Translations under genes and position numbers: made by a program
The notes under the pieces: model-generated
Told to the model about the DNA's origin: nothing
Databases searched by the model: none
What the model saw: only the letters and a program-made list of their open reading frames with translations
Part shown: positions 17,891 to 27,482 of the stretch, piece after piece
Layout: each line of letters begins with the position of its first letter
Numbering within the stretch: the first letter of the stretch is position 1
NCBI GenBank assembly: GCA_964630845.1
Contig: CAZVWL010000002.1
Location: 1 to 45,941, forward strand
DNA from: an uncultured Fibrobacteraceae bacterium
GTDB lineage: Bacteria; Krumholzibacteriota; Krumholzibacteriia; LZORAL124-64-63
Direction of reading: 5' to 3'
Length of the DNA stretch: 45,941 bases

Positions 17891-17905
17891 GAACAGGTAG
17901 CGAAC
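17891..17905. promoter_or_regulatory. Candidate LexA operator of the direct-repeat GAAC-N7-GAAC type
   Basis: GAAC AGGTAGC GAAC at 17891-17905, 85 nt upstream of the lexA ATG. It has the same architecture as the alphaproteobacterial SOS box (GTTC-N7-GTTC on the other strand). No CTGT-N8-ACAG or GAAC-N4-GTTC box was seen in this gap. Confidence 0.4.
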
Positions 17906-17989
17906 CGGCACCTGGAGGCCGATGGCTCGGGGCGTCGGCAACGCCGTCGTTACCTTGCGCATCGCGGTCGTTGTTTCCTGGAGGTCGCC

Positions 17990-18598
17990 ATGTCCCTGAC
18001 CCGTCGGCAGGCCGAGATCCTCGAGTTCATCCGTGATCACCGCCAGGAGCACGGCTACGCGCCCACCCTGCAGGAGATCGGCCAACGTTTCGGCCTGTCC
18101 TCCCCGGCGACGGTGCACAAACACGTCAGCCATCTGGTCAGCAAGGGCTACCTGCGCCGTGAACGTCGCAACGCCAGCCGCGACCTGGCGCCGGTCGAGG
18201 AGGCCGTGCGAGGCGCGCGCGCGGTCGCCGTGCCGCTGCTCGGCACCGTGGCCGCCGGCCTGCCGATCGAGGTGCTGCCGGAAGCCGAAGAACTGGTGCT
18301 GCCGGAGGCCTGGCTAGGCCGCAAACGCACGTTCGCGCTTCGCGTCAAGGGCGATTCGATGATCGACGAGCAGATCCGCGACGGGGACGTCGTCGTGGTC
18401 GAGGAGCGCGAAACGGCGCGCAACGGCGAGACCGTCATCGCCCTGGTCGACGGCGAGAGCGCCACGGTCAAGCAGTACCAGCGCCGCGGCGCCGTGATCC
18501 GCCTGGTGCCCGCCAACCCGGCCATGCAACCGCTCGAGTTCGATGAGGAACGTGTCCAGATCCAGGGCGTGGTCGTCGGGGTGTTGCGCCGATTCTGA
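17990..18598 (+). CDS. lexA: LexA repressor (SOS regulator, S24 self-cleaving peptidase)
   Basis: MSLTRRQAEILEFIRDHRQEHGYAPTLQEIGQRFGLSSPATVHKHVSHLVSKGYL (winged HTH), a cleavage-region VAAGLPI, and the catalytic block VKGDSMIDEQIRDGDVVVV ... VKQY. The protein is 202 aa. Confidence 0.95.
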   Translation: MSLTRRQAEILEFIRDHRQEHGYAPTLQEIGQRFGLSSPATVHKHVSHLVSKGYLRRERRNASRDLAPVEEAVRGARAVAVPLLGTVAAGLPIEVLPEAEELVLPEAWLGRKRTFALRVKGDSMIDEQIRDGDVVVVEERETARNGETVIALVDGESATVKQYQRRGAVIRLVPANPAMQPLEFDEERVQIQGVVVGVLRRF

Positions 18599-18620
18599 CC
18601 GCCGGCCGCCCAGGCGCCGG

Positions 18621-18649
18621 TTGACGCTTGCCGGGACGCCGGTTAGAGT
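18621..18649 (+). promoter_or_regulatory. Candidate promoter for hsp20-lon
   Basis: TTGACG (18621-18626), a 17-nt spacer, then TAGAGT (18644-18649), in the gap between lexA and hsp20. Confidence 0.3.
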
Positions 18650-18703
18650 TGCCGGCAGGCCTCGCAAGCAGAAGCGCGAGCGCCGGGCCGCAGGAGGCGG
18701 AAC

Positions 18704-19138
18704 ATGTCGCGATCCGGCCGCAAGGGCGGGCAGGACGAGTTCTTCGAGATCCTCGTGACGACCTACAGCCAGCGGGGAGCGTCCCTGTCCGCCGACGCCG
18801 AGCTGTGCTGGCGACCGGCGACGGACGTCTACGAGACCGATGACGGCTTCGTCGTCCAGATCGACCTTGCCGGCCTCGAACCATCCGACATCGAGGTGGT
18901 GGTCGAGGGGAGCAGCCTGGTCGTGCGCGGCGTGCGCGGCGAGTCGGCGGACCCCGGCCGTAAACACTTCCACACGATGGAGATCAACGTCGGACCGTTC
19001 GTGCGACGGATCCCCTTGCCGCCTTTTGTCGATTCGATGAGCGCCAGCGCCAGTTACCGCGCCGGTTTCCTGTGCGTGAATTTCCGCAAAGGCGAGCCGC
19101 GGCAGGCTCGCCGGCGCCAGATCGCCGTGGACCGCTGA
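18704..19138 (+). CDS. Hsp20/alpha-crystallin family small heat-shock protein
   Basis: WRPATDVYETDDGFVVQIDLAGLEPSDIEVVVEGSSLVVRGVR ... the C-terminal YRAGFLCVNF matches the alpha-crystallin domain pattern. AGGAGG RBS. Confidence 0.85.
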   Translation: MSRSGRKGGQDEFFEILVTTYSQRGASLSADAELCWRPATDVYETDDGFVVQIDLAGLEPSDIEVVVEGSSLVVRGVRGESADPGRKHFHTMEINVGPFVRRIPLPPFVDSMSASASYRAGFLCVNFRKGEPRQARRRQIAVDR

Positions 19139-19159
19139 GAGCGGCGGAGGAAGCAGCCC

Positions 19160-21571
19160 ATGTCCGACAGCGCCACCGGCCGTTCCCCGGCCCAGGCCAC
19201 CCAGGTTGCCGCCCTGCCGGCGGTCCTGCCGATCCTGCCGATCAGCGAGGCCGTGATCTTCCCGTACATGATGGTGCCGCTCGTGCTGAGCGACGAGAAC
19301 CTGATCAAGCTGGCCGACGAATGCCTGGCCGGAGACAAGATCCTCGGCGCGTTCGCGCAGCGGGCCCAGGACGGCTCCGATGACGCGCCCGCGGACGACG
19401 AGCCGGCGTCGGACGACGACGACTCGACGAGCGAAGCCGACCAGATCTACCGCGTCGGCACGGCCGTGCGCATCCAGAAGATGCTCCGTTTTCCGGATGG
19501 CAGCATGCGCCTGCTCGGGCAAGGCATCGCGCGTTGCCGCATCGAGGCGATCCTGCAGGAGGAGCCCTACCTGCGCGCGGCCGTCTCGCCCGTGCTCGAG
19601 GACGACGACGACGACTCGCAGACGCTCGCCTACATGCGCGGCGTGGCCAACAACTTCCTGAAGATCATCGACGCCAGCGAGAACCTCAGCGACGAGCTGA
19701 AGGTCGTCGTGATGAACATCGACGACCCCGGGCGCCTGGCCGACCTCGTCGCGACCAACCTGGACATCGACGTCGCCGAGAAGCAGGAGGTCCTCGAGGA
19801 GAGCTCGCCGCGGCGGCGCCTGCAGTTGCTGACGAAGCTGGTGATGCGCGAGCTGGACGTGCTGGAACTCGGCCAGCAGCTGCAGACCAAGGTGCGCAAG
19901 TCGATCGACAAGGACCAGCGCGAGTACTACCTGCGCCAGCAGCTCAAGGCGATCCGCCGCGAGCTGGGCGACGAGGACGAGGGCTCGGTCGAGCTGGACG
20001 AGCTGCGGGAGCGCCTCGCCGACGCCCGCCTGCCCGAGCGGGTGCGCGCCGCGGCGACGCGCGAGCTCGACCGCCTGTCGCGCATGTCGCCGGGCGCGAG
20101 CGAGTACACCGTCAGCAAGACCTACCTCGACTGGCTGCTCGAACTGCCGTGGCTGAACGCGAGCGAGGACAAGCTCGACCTCGCCCGCGCCGAGGAGATC
20201 CTCGAGCGCGACCACTACGGCCTGGCCGACGTCAAGGAACGGATCCTCGAGTTCCTGGCCGTGCGCAAGCTGAAGGGCGATCACCGCGGCCCGATCCTCT
20301 GCCTGCAGGGTCCGCCCGGCGTGGGCAAGACCTCGCTGGGACGCAGCATCGCCGAGGCCGTCGGGCGCAAGTTCTTCCGCTTTTCGCTCGGCGGCATGCG
20401 CGACGAGGCCGAGATCCGTGGCCACCGCCGCACGTACGTCGGCGCCATGCCGGGGCGCCTGATCACCGGCATCAAGGAGTGCGGGACCAACAACCCGCTG
20501 ATCATGCTCGACGAGATCGACAAGCTGGGCCAGGACTTCCGCGGCGACCCCGCCAGCGCGCTGCTCGAGGTGCTCGACCCGGAGCAGAACCACGACTTCA
20601 CCGACCACTACCTGGCGTTGCCGTTCGACCTCTCCAAGGTCCTGTTCATCACCACGGCCAACATGCTGGACACCATCCCGCGACCGCTGCTCGACCGCAT
20701 GGAGACCATCCAGCTGCCCGGATACACGAACCTGGAGAAGCTGCAGATCGCGCGGCGTTACCTGGTGCCACGGCAGGTCTCGGAGAACGGTCTGACCCGC
20801 AAGAAGATCACGTTCACCAACGCCGGCCTGATGCAGATCATCGAGAAGCACACGCGCGAGGCCGGCGTGCGCGAGCTGGAGCGCAAGATCGGCGCGGTCT
20901 GCCGCAAGGCGGCCCGCAAGGTGGCGCGGGGGGGGCGCAAGCCGCACACCATCGGCGTCAAGAACCTCGAGGCGTACCTCGGTCCGGCCACCTACACCGG
21001 CGATCGACTGCGCCGGCGGGCCACGCCGGGCGTGGTCACGGGCCTGGCGTGGACGCCGGTGGGTGGCAAGATCCTGTACATCGAGGGCCTGAGCCTGCCC
21101 GGCGGCAACGGCAGCCTGAAGCTCACCGGGCAGCTGGGCAGCGTGATGCAGGAGTCCGCGACCGCGGCGTTCAGCTACCTCCGCAGCCGCTTCGGCGGCC
21201 AGAGCGAGCACGCCGCGTTCTTCACGCACGACGTGCACATCCACGTGCCGGCCGGGGCGATCCCCAAGGACGGGCCCTCGGCGGGCATCGCCATGGCCAC
21301 GGTCTTGCTTTCGTTGCTGCTGAAACGCCCGGTGGACCGGCGCACCGCGATGACCGGCGAGATGACGCTGACCGGTCAGGTGCTGGCCATCGGCGGCCTT
21401 CTGGAGAAGGTGCTCGCGGCGCATCGCGTCGGCGTGCGGCGGGTGATCCTGCCCGAGACGAACATGGTCGACCTCGCCGCGATCCCCGCCGAGGTCCGCG
21501 AGGTGATCGAGTTCGTGCCGGTGGCGCACGTCGATCAGGTCTGGCAGGCGGTGTTTCCGGACGCGCCTTGA
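19160..21571 (+). CDS. lon: ATP-dependent Lon protease (LonA)
   Basis: LON N-domain ([21 protein letters not shown]), Walker [20 protein letters not shown], Walker [11 protein letters not shown], and the protease Ser motif [17 protein letters not shown]. The protein is 803 aa. Confidence 0.95.
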   Translation: MSDSATGRSPAQATQVAALPAVLPILPISEAVIFPYMMVPLVLSDENLIKLADECLAGDKILGAFAQRAQDGSDDAPADDEPASDDDDSTSEADQIYRVGTAVRIQKMLRFPDGSMRLLGQGIARCRIEAILQEEPYLRAAVSPVLEDDDDDSQTLAYMRGVANNFLKIIDASENLSDELKVVVMNIDDPGRLADLVATNLDIDVAEKQEVLEESSPRRRLQLLTKLVMRELDVLELGQQLQTKVRKSIDKDQREYYLRQQLKAIRRELGDEDEGSVELDELRERLADARLPERVRAAATRELDRLSRMSPGASEYTVSKTYLDWLLELPWLNASEDKLDLARAEEILERDHYGLADVKERILEFLAVRKLKGDHRGPILCLQGPPGVGKTSLGRSIAEAVGRKFFRFSLGGMRDEAEIRGHRRTYVGAMPGRLITGIKECGTNNPLIMLDEIDKLGQDFRGDPASALLEVLDPEQNHDFTDHYLALPFDLSKVLFITTANMLDTIPRPLLDRMETIQLPGYTNLEKLQIARRYLVPRQVSENGLTRKKITFTNAGLMQIIEKHTREAGVRELERKIGAVCRKAARKVARGGRKPHTIGVKNLEAYLGPATYTGDRLRRRATPGVVTGLAWTPVGGKILYIEGLSLPGGNGSLKLTGQLGSVMQESATAAFSYLRSRFGGQSEHAAFFTHDVHIHVPAGAIPKDGPSAGIAMATVLLSLLLKRPVDRRTAMTGEMTLTGQVLAIGGLLEKVLAAHRVGVRRVILPETNMVDLAAIPAEVREVIEFVPVAHVDQVWQAVFPDAP

Positions 21572-21607
21572 TGGCGCGCGCGGTCGGCGCCCGAAAGGGA
21601 AGGATCC

Positions 21608-22735
21608 GTGCTCGAGAAGCTGAAGGAAATCCTGCGACGACGGCGACCGCCAGAACCGTTCCGCGTGCCTGGCCAGATCGACGACGGCGCGCGCGTGCTC
21701 GTGCTGGCCGGCCCGGCGCTGAGCGATCTCGTGTTCCACATGCCGCTCTTGGCCGGCATCCGTCGGGCTTGGCCCGGCGCCAGCCTCGACTTCCTGGTGC
21801 CGGAGGAACTGGCGCCTCTGGTCGTGCCGAGCGGGCTGGCGCGCCAGGTGATGGTCTACAACGAGAAGCAGCTTTCGAGCGGCTGGAAACCGGCTGCCCG
21901 CAACCTGCAACGCACGCTGGCGGCGGCGCGATACGACGTGAGCTTCGTCGTTTCCGACGCGCCGACCTCGACGCTGGAGGCCCTCGGCCTGGCCAGCGGG
22001 GCCGCGCTGCGGTACGGGCCATCACACGCCGGCAGCTGGCCGGCGGTGAACCTGGAACTGCGGCAGACGCCGCAGACCGAACTGTACCCGGGCGATCGGC
22101 CGACCGTGCTGGCGCCGCTGCTGGGACTTCCCACCGGACGCTTGCGCACGAGCTGGCCGCTGCCTGCCGACAAGCTGCGCCAGGTGGCGCAGCTCGTGCA
22201 CTTCAACAAGCCTCGCCCCGACGAACTGCTCGTCGGCGTCGACCCCGGACCGGACATGGACGGCCGGGCGTTGTCGAAGGAGAACCTGCTGTACCTCGTG
22301 CAGCAGCTGAAGAGTCAGCTGAGCTGCCGGATCCTGCCGTTGAGCGGCCCGTCGGGTGCCGAGCGTCGCCGGCAGTTCGAGGCCGGCCTCACCTCGCCGA
22401 TCCCGCCCGCGTTCAACCGGGACACGATCCTGGACACGGTCCTCCTGCTCTGCCAGTGCGACCTCTTCCTGGCGGGCAACACCGACCTGTTTCACGTCGC
22501 CGTCGCCGAGGGCGTGCCGGCGCTCGGTCTGTTCGGCGAGCAGGTCGCGCCGCGCTGGGAACCCCGGTCGCGGCCGCGCTGCGAGGTCCTGCGCGTCACC
22601 CGCGGGGAGCGGATCGAGGTCGGCGACCTGATCGGCGCGGTCACGCGGGTCCGTGCCCGCGGCGAGCAACCGGGTGTCGCCGCGACGCCGAGCGGGGATC
22701 CTGCCGCCAACCCGCTGCCGGCCCCGGGGGCATGA
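21608..22735 (+). CDS. Glycosyltransferase family 9-like protein (divergent heptosyltransferase-like)
   Basis: GT9-type N-terminus RVLVLAGPALSDLVFHMPLLAGIRRAWPGASLDFLV and a degenerate C-terminal motif CDLFLAGNTDLFHVAVAEGVPALGLFG, compared with the canonical GNDSGxMHLAAAxxxPxxxLFG. GTG start. Confidence 0.65.
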   Translation: MLEKLKEILRRRRPPEPFRVPGQIDDGARVLVLAGPALSDLVFHMPLLAGIRRAWPGASLDFLVPEELAPLVVPSGLARQVMVYNEKQLSSGWKPAARNLQRTLAAARYDVSFVVSDAPTSTLEALGLASGAALRYGPSHAGSWPAVNLELRQTPQTELYPGDRPTVLAPLLGLPTGRLRTSWPLPADKLRQVAQLVHFNKPRPDELLVGVDPGPDMDGRALSKENLLYLVQQLKSQLSCRILPLSGPSGAERRRQFEAGLTSPIPPAFNRDTILDTVLLLCQCDLFLAGNTDLFHVAVAEGVPALGLFGEQVAPRWEPRSRPRCEVLRVTRGERIEVGDLIGAVTRVRARGEQPGVAATPSGDPAANPLPAPGA

Positions 22736-23844
22736 GCACCCGCGGCGCCCGGGGCGAGCATGTGCTCGTCGTGTTGCCGAACTGGCTCGGCGATCTGGTC
22801 ATGGCGATGCCGCTGGTGGACCTGCTGGTCGAGGCGCGCGACCCTCAGGGTCGCCGCTTGCGGGTCACCGCGTGCGTCAGGCGCCGCTGGGCGCCGCTGA
22901 TCAGCCACGATGGGCGGCTCGACCAGGTGATCACCTACGAACGCACGGGCGTGCACGCCGGGCTGCGAGGCGTCGGCCGCCTGGCGGCCGAGTGGCGCGC
23001 GACCGGCGCCGGCTCGGTCGTCATCTGCCCGCCATCGTTGCGGACCGCGCTGGTGGCGTGGCTCGCGCGCATCCCGCGCCGCATCGGCGAACGCCGCGAC
23101 GGCCGGGGCCCCTTGCTCACCCTGCCGCTCGTGCCGCTGCAGCCGCGCGGCCGCCTGCATCACGGCGACGAGCTGCGTCGGCTCGGCCTCGTGCTCCTGG
23201 AAGCGCTCGGGGTGCCTGCGCCACCGGTCGCCGCAGCGGCGCCCTGGCCGCGGTTGCCGGGTCTGAAAGACCTGGCGCCCACCCTGCTCGGCGCCGGCCC
23301 GCCCTTGTGGGTCATCGCGCCCGGCGCCACCTTCGGCCCGGCCAAGAACTGGCCGGCGGCGAGGGTGGCCGAGTTCCTGCAGCTGGCGGTCGCCGGGCGT
23401 GGCGTGCGCGTGGCGATCGTGGGCGACACCGCCGCGGCGGCCATCGTCCAGGACTTGCGCCGGCGGACGGCCGACCTGCCCTGGCGCGGCGAGACCCCGG
23501 GCCCGGCCGCGGTGATCGATCTCGTCGGCGCCACGACCCTGATCGACCTCGCCGCGCTGTTGAAGTCCTCGGCCGCCTTCATCGGCAACGACAGCGGCGT
23601 GATGCACCTCGCGGCGGCCCTGGACGTGCCGACGCTCGGCCTGTTCGGGTCGAGCAACCCGACCTGGACCGGGCCGCGCGGGCCGCGTGCCGCCGCGATC
23701 ACGGCGACCGGGTTTGCCTGCCAGCCGTGTTATCGCAGCACCTGCAACCAGCCGGTCTTCTGCCTGGACACGCTCGGCGCCGACGCCGTGCTGGCCCGGC
23801 TCGACGCGCTGTTGGCCGCGCCGTCGCCGGAGCGGTCGCCATGA
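22732..23844 (+). CDS. Glycosyltransferase family 9 (ADP-heptose:LPS heptosyltransferase, WaaF/WaaC-like)
   Basis: HVLVVLPNWLGDLVMAMPLVDLL ... FGPAKNWP ... FIGNDSGVMHLAAALDVPTLGLFGSSNPTWTGP. ATGA overlap with the upstream stop. Only the last 370 aa of the 1436-aa track ORF are real. Confidence 0.85.
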   Translation: MSTRGARGEHVLVVLPNWLGDLVMAMPLVDLLVEARDPQGRRLRVTACVRRRWAPLISHDGRLDQVITYERTGVHAGLRGVGRLAAEWRATGAGSVVICPPSLRTALVAWLARIPRRIGERRDGRGPLLTLPLVPLQPRGRLHHGDELRRLGLVLLEALGVPAPPVAAAAPWPRLPGLKDLAPTLLGAGPPLWVIAPGATFGPAKNWPAARVAEFLQLAVAGRGVRVAIVGDTAAAAIVQDLRRRTADLPWRGETPGPAAVIDLVGATTLIDLAALLKSSAAFIGNDSGVMHLAAALDVPTLGLFGSSNPTWTGPRGPRAAAITATGFACQPCYRSTCNQPVFCLDTLGADAVLARLDALLAAPSPERSP

Positions 23845-24434
23845 CCCGGTGGTCCGCCCCGTCCGGCGGCGCGCGCGCGGGTGCCCTGGATCGTCCGGTC
23901 CTGTTCCTGGACCGCGACGGCGTCCTGCTCGTGGAGAAGGACTACCTGAGCGATCCCGCCGGCGTCGAGTTCCTGCCGGGCGTGCCCGCGGCCCTCGCTC
24001 GGGCGCGCGAGGCGGGTTTCCTGCTGATCGGCGTGTCCAACCAGTCGGGCCTCGGCCGCGGTCGCATCGCGCCCGAGGCCTTCGCGGCGGTGATGCGCCG
24101 GTTCACCGCTGCTCTCGCCGACCTGGGTTGCGCCCTCGACGCGTTCTATTATTGCCCGCACGCGCCCAGCGACGGCTGCGCGTGCCGCAAGCCTCGCCCG
24201 GGGTTGCTCGAAGAGGCGGCGACGTCGTTCCTGTGGGATCCGCAGCGGGCCTGGATGATCGGCGACAAGGTCTCGGATGTCGACCTCGCGCGTGGCGCGG
24301 GGCTGCGGCCGGTCCTCGTGCGCACCGGCTACGGGTCGCAACAAGCGGAGAAGCTGGGCGACCGCCGCGAGGTGCTGATCGTCGACGACCTCGCGGCGGC
24401 GGTCGCGGCGATCCTCGCGGAGGCGCGCGCTTGA
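23841..24434 (+). CDS. gmhB: D-glycero-D-manno-heptose 1,7-bisphosphate phosphatase (HAD-IIIA)
   Basis: DxD nucleophile motif VLFLDRDGVL, GVSNQSGLGRGRI, the zinc-loop YYCPHAPSDGCACRKPRPGLL, and MIGDKVSDVDLA. ATGA overlap with the upstream gene. Confidence 0.88.
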   Translation: MTRWSAPSGGARAGALDRPVLFLDRDGVLLVEKDYLSDPAGVEFLPGVPAALARAREAGFLLIGVSNQSGLGRGRIAPEAFAAVMRRFTAALADLGCALDAFYYCPHAPSDGCACRKPRPGLLEEAATSFLWDPQRAWMIGDKVSDVDLARGAGLRPVLVRTGYGSQQAEKLGDRREVLIVDDLAAAVAAILAEARA

Positions 24435-25579
24435 GCTGGCTCCTGGACGGGCGGCCTCTGCGACGGGTCCTGATCACGCGCCTGCGATACCTCGGCGACG
24501 TGGCGATGTCCACGGTCCTGCTGGCGGCGTTGCGACGCGGCGATCCGGCGCTGCAGCTGGATTATCTCTGCGAGGCGGCGTACGCGCCGCTGCTGGACGG
24601 CCACCCGCTGCTTGCGAACGTGCACGCCCTGGCGGTACGCCGCACCGGCCGCGATGCCCAGGCCCGACGCCCGGTCGGGCAAGGGTTGCAGCCCGGCGCG
24701 TCGGCCGGCACCCTGGGTTCGGTGGCGCGCCTGCGCCGGGCGCGGTACGACCTCGCCGTCGATCTGCTGTTCAACCCGCGCAGCGCGTGGCTGCTGCGCA
24801 TGGCCGGCGTGCCCGCGCGCATCGGCGGCGAGCCGCGCGGTTACCGGCGCCGCCTCTACACGCACCTCGTCCCGTCGCCGTCGGTCGCCGACGCGCCCCA
24901 GCTGTTCGCGCGGGCGCAAGGCGGCCTCGGCGAGCACCTCGCGCGCCTGCAGCCGCTCCGTCACGCGGACGGCCGCCGGTTTGTCGACTGGTTCGTCGAC
25001 ACGTTCCAGCCCGGCGACCTCGCGCCGCAGGTCGCGCGGCCGCCGCTCTCGCCGCCGGTCCAGGCGCTGCTCGCCGGAGCCGGCGTCGGCCCGGGCGGCT
25101 TCACGCTGCTGGCCCCCACGGCCACCTGGCCGACCAAGGCGTGGCCGCAGCGGCACTGGCTCGACCTCGCGGGCAAGCTGCGCGGCGATGGCCATGCGGT
25201 GGTCGTGCTCGGGGCGCCGGGCGCGACGGCCGCCGGCCATCCGCTCGCCGCGGCCGGCGTCGCGGTCCTGCCCGGACTGCCGCTGCGCGAGGCGCTGGGG
25301 GTGGTCGCGGCCGCACGGCTGCTGGTCAGCGTCGACGGCGGCATCATGCACGCCGGCGTGGCGATGGGCGTCGCGACGGTCGCGCTGTTCGGGCCCACCG
25401 ATCCGGCGCTGTGGTTCCCGTACGAGACGCTCGGCCCTTACCGGGTGCTGGCCACGCGCCCGACCTGCCACCCCTGCCATCGGCACGACTGCGATGCCTT
25501 CGTCTGCCTGCCGGATCTGTCACCGGCGGCGGTCCACGGGGCGGTCCGCCGGCTCCTTGCCGGAGGCCCGGTGACGTGA
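24431..25579 (+). CDS. Glycosyltransferase family 9 (heptosyltransferase-like)
   Basis: RRVLITRLRYLGDVAMSTVLLAALRR ... PTATWPTKAWPQRHW ... VSVDGGIMHAGVAMGVATVALFGPTDPALWFP. TTG start in a TTGA overlap. Confidence 0.8.
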   Translation: MSWLLDGRPLRRVLITRLRYLGDVAMSTVLLAALRRGDPALQLDYLCEAAYAPLLDGHPLLANVHALAVRRTGRDAQARRPVGQGLQPGASAGTLGSVARLRRARYDLAVDLLFNPRSAWLLRMAGVPARIGGEPRGYRRRLYTHLVPSPSVADAPQLFARAQGGLGEHLARLQPLRHADGRRFVDWFVDTFQPGDLAPQVARPPLSPPVQALLAGAGVGPGGFTLLAPTATWPTKAWPQRHWLDLAGKLRGDGHAVVVLGAPGATAAGHPLAAAGVAVLPGLPLREALGVVAAARLLVSVDGGIMHAGVAMGVATVALFGPTDPALWFPYETLGPYRVLATRPTCHPCHRHDCDAFVCLPDLSPAAVHGAVRRLLAGGPVT

Positions 25580-26655
25580 AGCTCCGCACGCCACCACGCA
25601 AGATCCTCGTGATCCGGCGCAAGGGACTTGGCGATGCGATGGTCACGCTGCCGGCGGTCTGGCAGCTGGCGGCCGCGTTTAGTGGCGCCCGGCTGGACCT
25701 CGTGATCGACCGCCCGTTCGTGCCCTTGCTGGCCGACCTCGCCCAGGGCCTGCGCGTGCTCCCGTGGCCGCCGTCGCCGCCGTCGCGCCAGCCGTGGTGG
25801 ACGCTCCTGCGGGCCGAGAACTACGACCTCGTGCTCGATTATCTCGGCAGCCCGCGCACGGCGCTGTGGACGGCGCTGTCGGGCGCGCCGCTGCGGGTGG
25901 GGTACGACCTGCCGCGCCGGCGCTGGGCCTACAACCTGCGGGTGCCTCGCAACCGCCGCGAGGATCGGCCGGTGGTCCAGTTCGCCGGCGAGGCCTTCCT
26001 CGACCCGCTCAGGGCGCTGGGCTTCGACCCGCCGCCCTGGCGGCCGGGCGCCGCGTCGTCGTTCTCCTCCCGCGGGCTGGGCGATCGTTATCGAGACTGG
26101 CTGGCCACGCTTCCGACCGACGGCCGCCCGCTGGCGGCGCTGGTCTTCAGCGCGACGTGGGCGGCCAAAGCCTGGCCGGCGCGCGAGGCGGCCGCGCTCT
26201 GGCGATCGCTCGACGGTGCCGGGGTCGTGCCGGTGCTGATCTGCGGTCCAGGCGACGAGGCGCTCGCGACCGCCCTGCGCGCGGAGGCGCCGCAGGCACG
26301 GTTCGCCCCGCCGACGACCCTGCCGGAACTGGCGCATCTGCTGAGCCGGTGCGCGGTCTGCGTCGGCACCGACAACGGACCGCGCCACCTGGCGGCCCTG
26401 CTCGGGGTGCCGACGGTGACGTTGTTCGGCCCCACCGACCCCAGGGGATGGAACCCCGCCGACCCGCGGCATGTTGCTGTCACCAGAGGCGTGCCCTGCG
26501 CGCCGTGCGACCTCACCGTGTGTCCGGTCGCCGGCCATCCGTGCCTCGACGACCTGCCCGCCGGCGAGGTCGCGCCGGTGGTGCAACGCTTGCTCGCCGC
26601 GACGGCGCGCCGTCCGGCGAGAGGATCGGGGCTCGAGAACGAGGAGACATCATGA
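25576..26655 (+). CDS. Glycosyltransferase family 9 (heptosyltransferase-like)
   Basis: KILVIRRKGLGDAMVTLPAVWQL ... SATWAAKAWP ... CVGTDNGPRHLAALLGVPTVTLFGPTDPRGWNP. GTG start in a GTGA overlap. Confidence 0.8.
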   Translation: MKLRTPPRKILVIRRKGLGDAMVTLPAVWQLAAAFSGARLDLVIDRPFVPLLADLAQGLRVLPWPPSPPSRQPWWTLLRAENYDLVLDYLGSPRTALWTALSGAPLRVGYDLPRRRWAYNLRVPRNRREDRPVVQFAGEAFLDPLRALGFDPPPWRPGAASSFSSRGLGDRYRDWLATLPTDGRPLAALVFSATWAAKAWPAREAAALWRSLDGAGVVPVLICGPGDEALATALRAEAPQARFAPPTTLPELAHLLSRCAVCVGTDNGPRHLAALLGVPTVTLFGPTDPRGWNPADPRHVAVTRGVPCAPCDLTVCPVAGHPCLDDLPAGEVAPVVQRLLAATARRPARGSGLENEETS

Positions 26656-27482
26656 CGTTGCGCAGCGGGATCGGTCGGCGACGGATGGCGGCGCGTGCGA
26701 GTGGGCCGGCCCTGGTCCTGGCCCTGATGGCGGGCCTCGCGGCCGGCGCTTCGCCCGTCAACGACGGCGATGCCGCCGCCTTGACGCGGCTCGAGCGGCC
26801 GCCGTTCAGAGTCGGCGAACGCCTGGTCTTTTCGCTCGACTACGGGCTGGTCAACGCGGGCGAGGGCACGCTCGAGGTGGCCGGCACGGTGACGTTCCAA
26901 GATCAACCCTGCTACCGGATCGAGAGCACCGCGAGCAGCAACCGCTTCTTCTCGGGCATCTACCGCGTGCGCGACAAGGTCGTCAGCTACACCGACCGCG
27001 ACGGCCTGTTCAGCCGCTACTTCATGAAACGGCTGCGCGAAGGCACCTTCAAGCGCACCGAGGAGATCGTCTTCGACCACGAGGCCGGCCTGGCCCGTTA
27101 TCACGACGGCAAGCAGTACGAGATCGCTCCCGGCGTGCACGACGTGCTGTCCGCATTCTACTACGTGCGCATGCTGGACCTCGAGGTCGGCCGTGATGTA
27201 TTCTTGACCGTGCACGACAGCCGCAAGACCTACGACATGCGGATCATCGTCCATCGCCGGCAGGCCGTCGATTCGGTCCTCGGCACGGTCGACTGCTTCG
27301 CGATCCAGCCGGTGATGCTGGGCGACGGGCTCTTCAAGCACGAGGGCGAGCTGATGATCTACCTGACGGCCGACCAGCGGCGGCTGCCGGTGCGGATGAC
27401 CACGCGCCTGCCGGTCGGCTCCATCGTGGCCACGCTCGTTCAGCACGATCCCGGCCAGACGGACGAGGCCGATCGTGACTGA
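26652..27482 (+). CDS. DUF3108-like secreted/outer-membrane-associated protein
   Basis: Signal peptide (RRRMAARASGPALVLALMAGLAAGA), then FRVGERLVFSLDYGLVNAGEGTLEV ... CYRIES ... RLPVRM, as in the DUF3108 beta-barrel-like family. ATGA overlap with the upstream gene. Confidence 0.65.
   Translation: MTLRSGIGRRRMAARASGPALVLALMAGLAAGASPVNDGDAAALTRLERPPFRVGERLVFSLDYGLVNAGEGTLEVAGTVTFQDQPCYRIESTASSNRFFSGIYRVRDKVVSYTDRDGLFSRYFMKRLREGTFKRTEEIVFDHEAGLARYHDGKQYEIAPGVHDVLSAFYYVRMLDLEVGRDVFLTVHDSRKTYDMRIIVHRRQAVDSVLGTVDCFAIQPVMLGDGLFKHEGELMIYLTADQRRLPVRMTTRLPVGSIVATLVQHDPGQTDEADRD

Noticed and set aside
18314-21910. 1198-aa ORF on the - strand
   Set aside because: It is antisense to lexA, hsp20 and lon, all unambiguous on the + strand. 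High-GC artefact.
19534-23844. 1436-aa + strand ORF
   Set aside because: It is chimeric. The first ~1065 aa are an out-of-frame read through lon and the first GT9-like gene and are Arg/Pro/Gly-rich. Only the last 370 aa, from the ATG at 22732 in an ATGA overlap, form a real GT9 protein.
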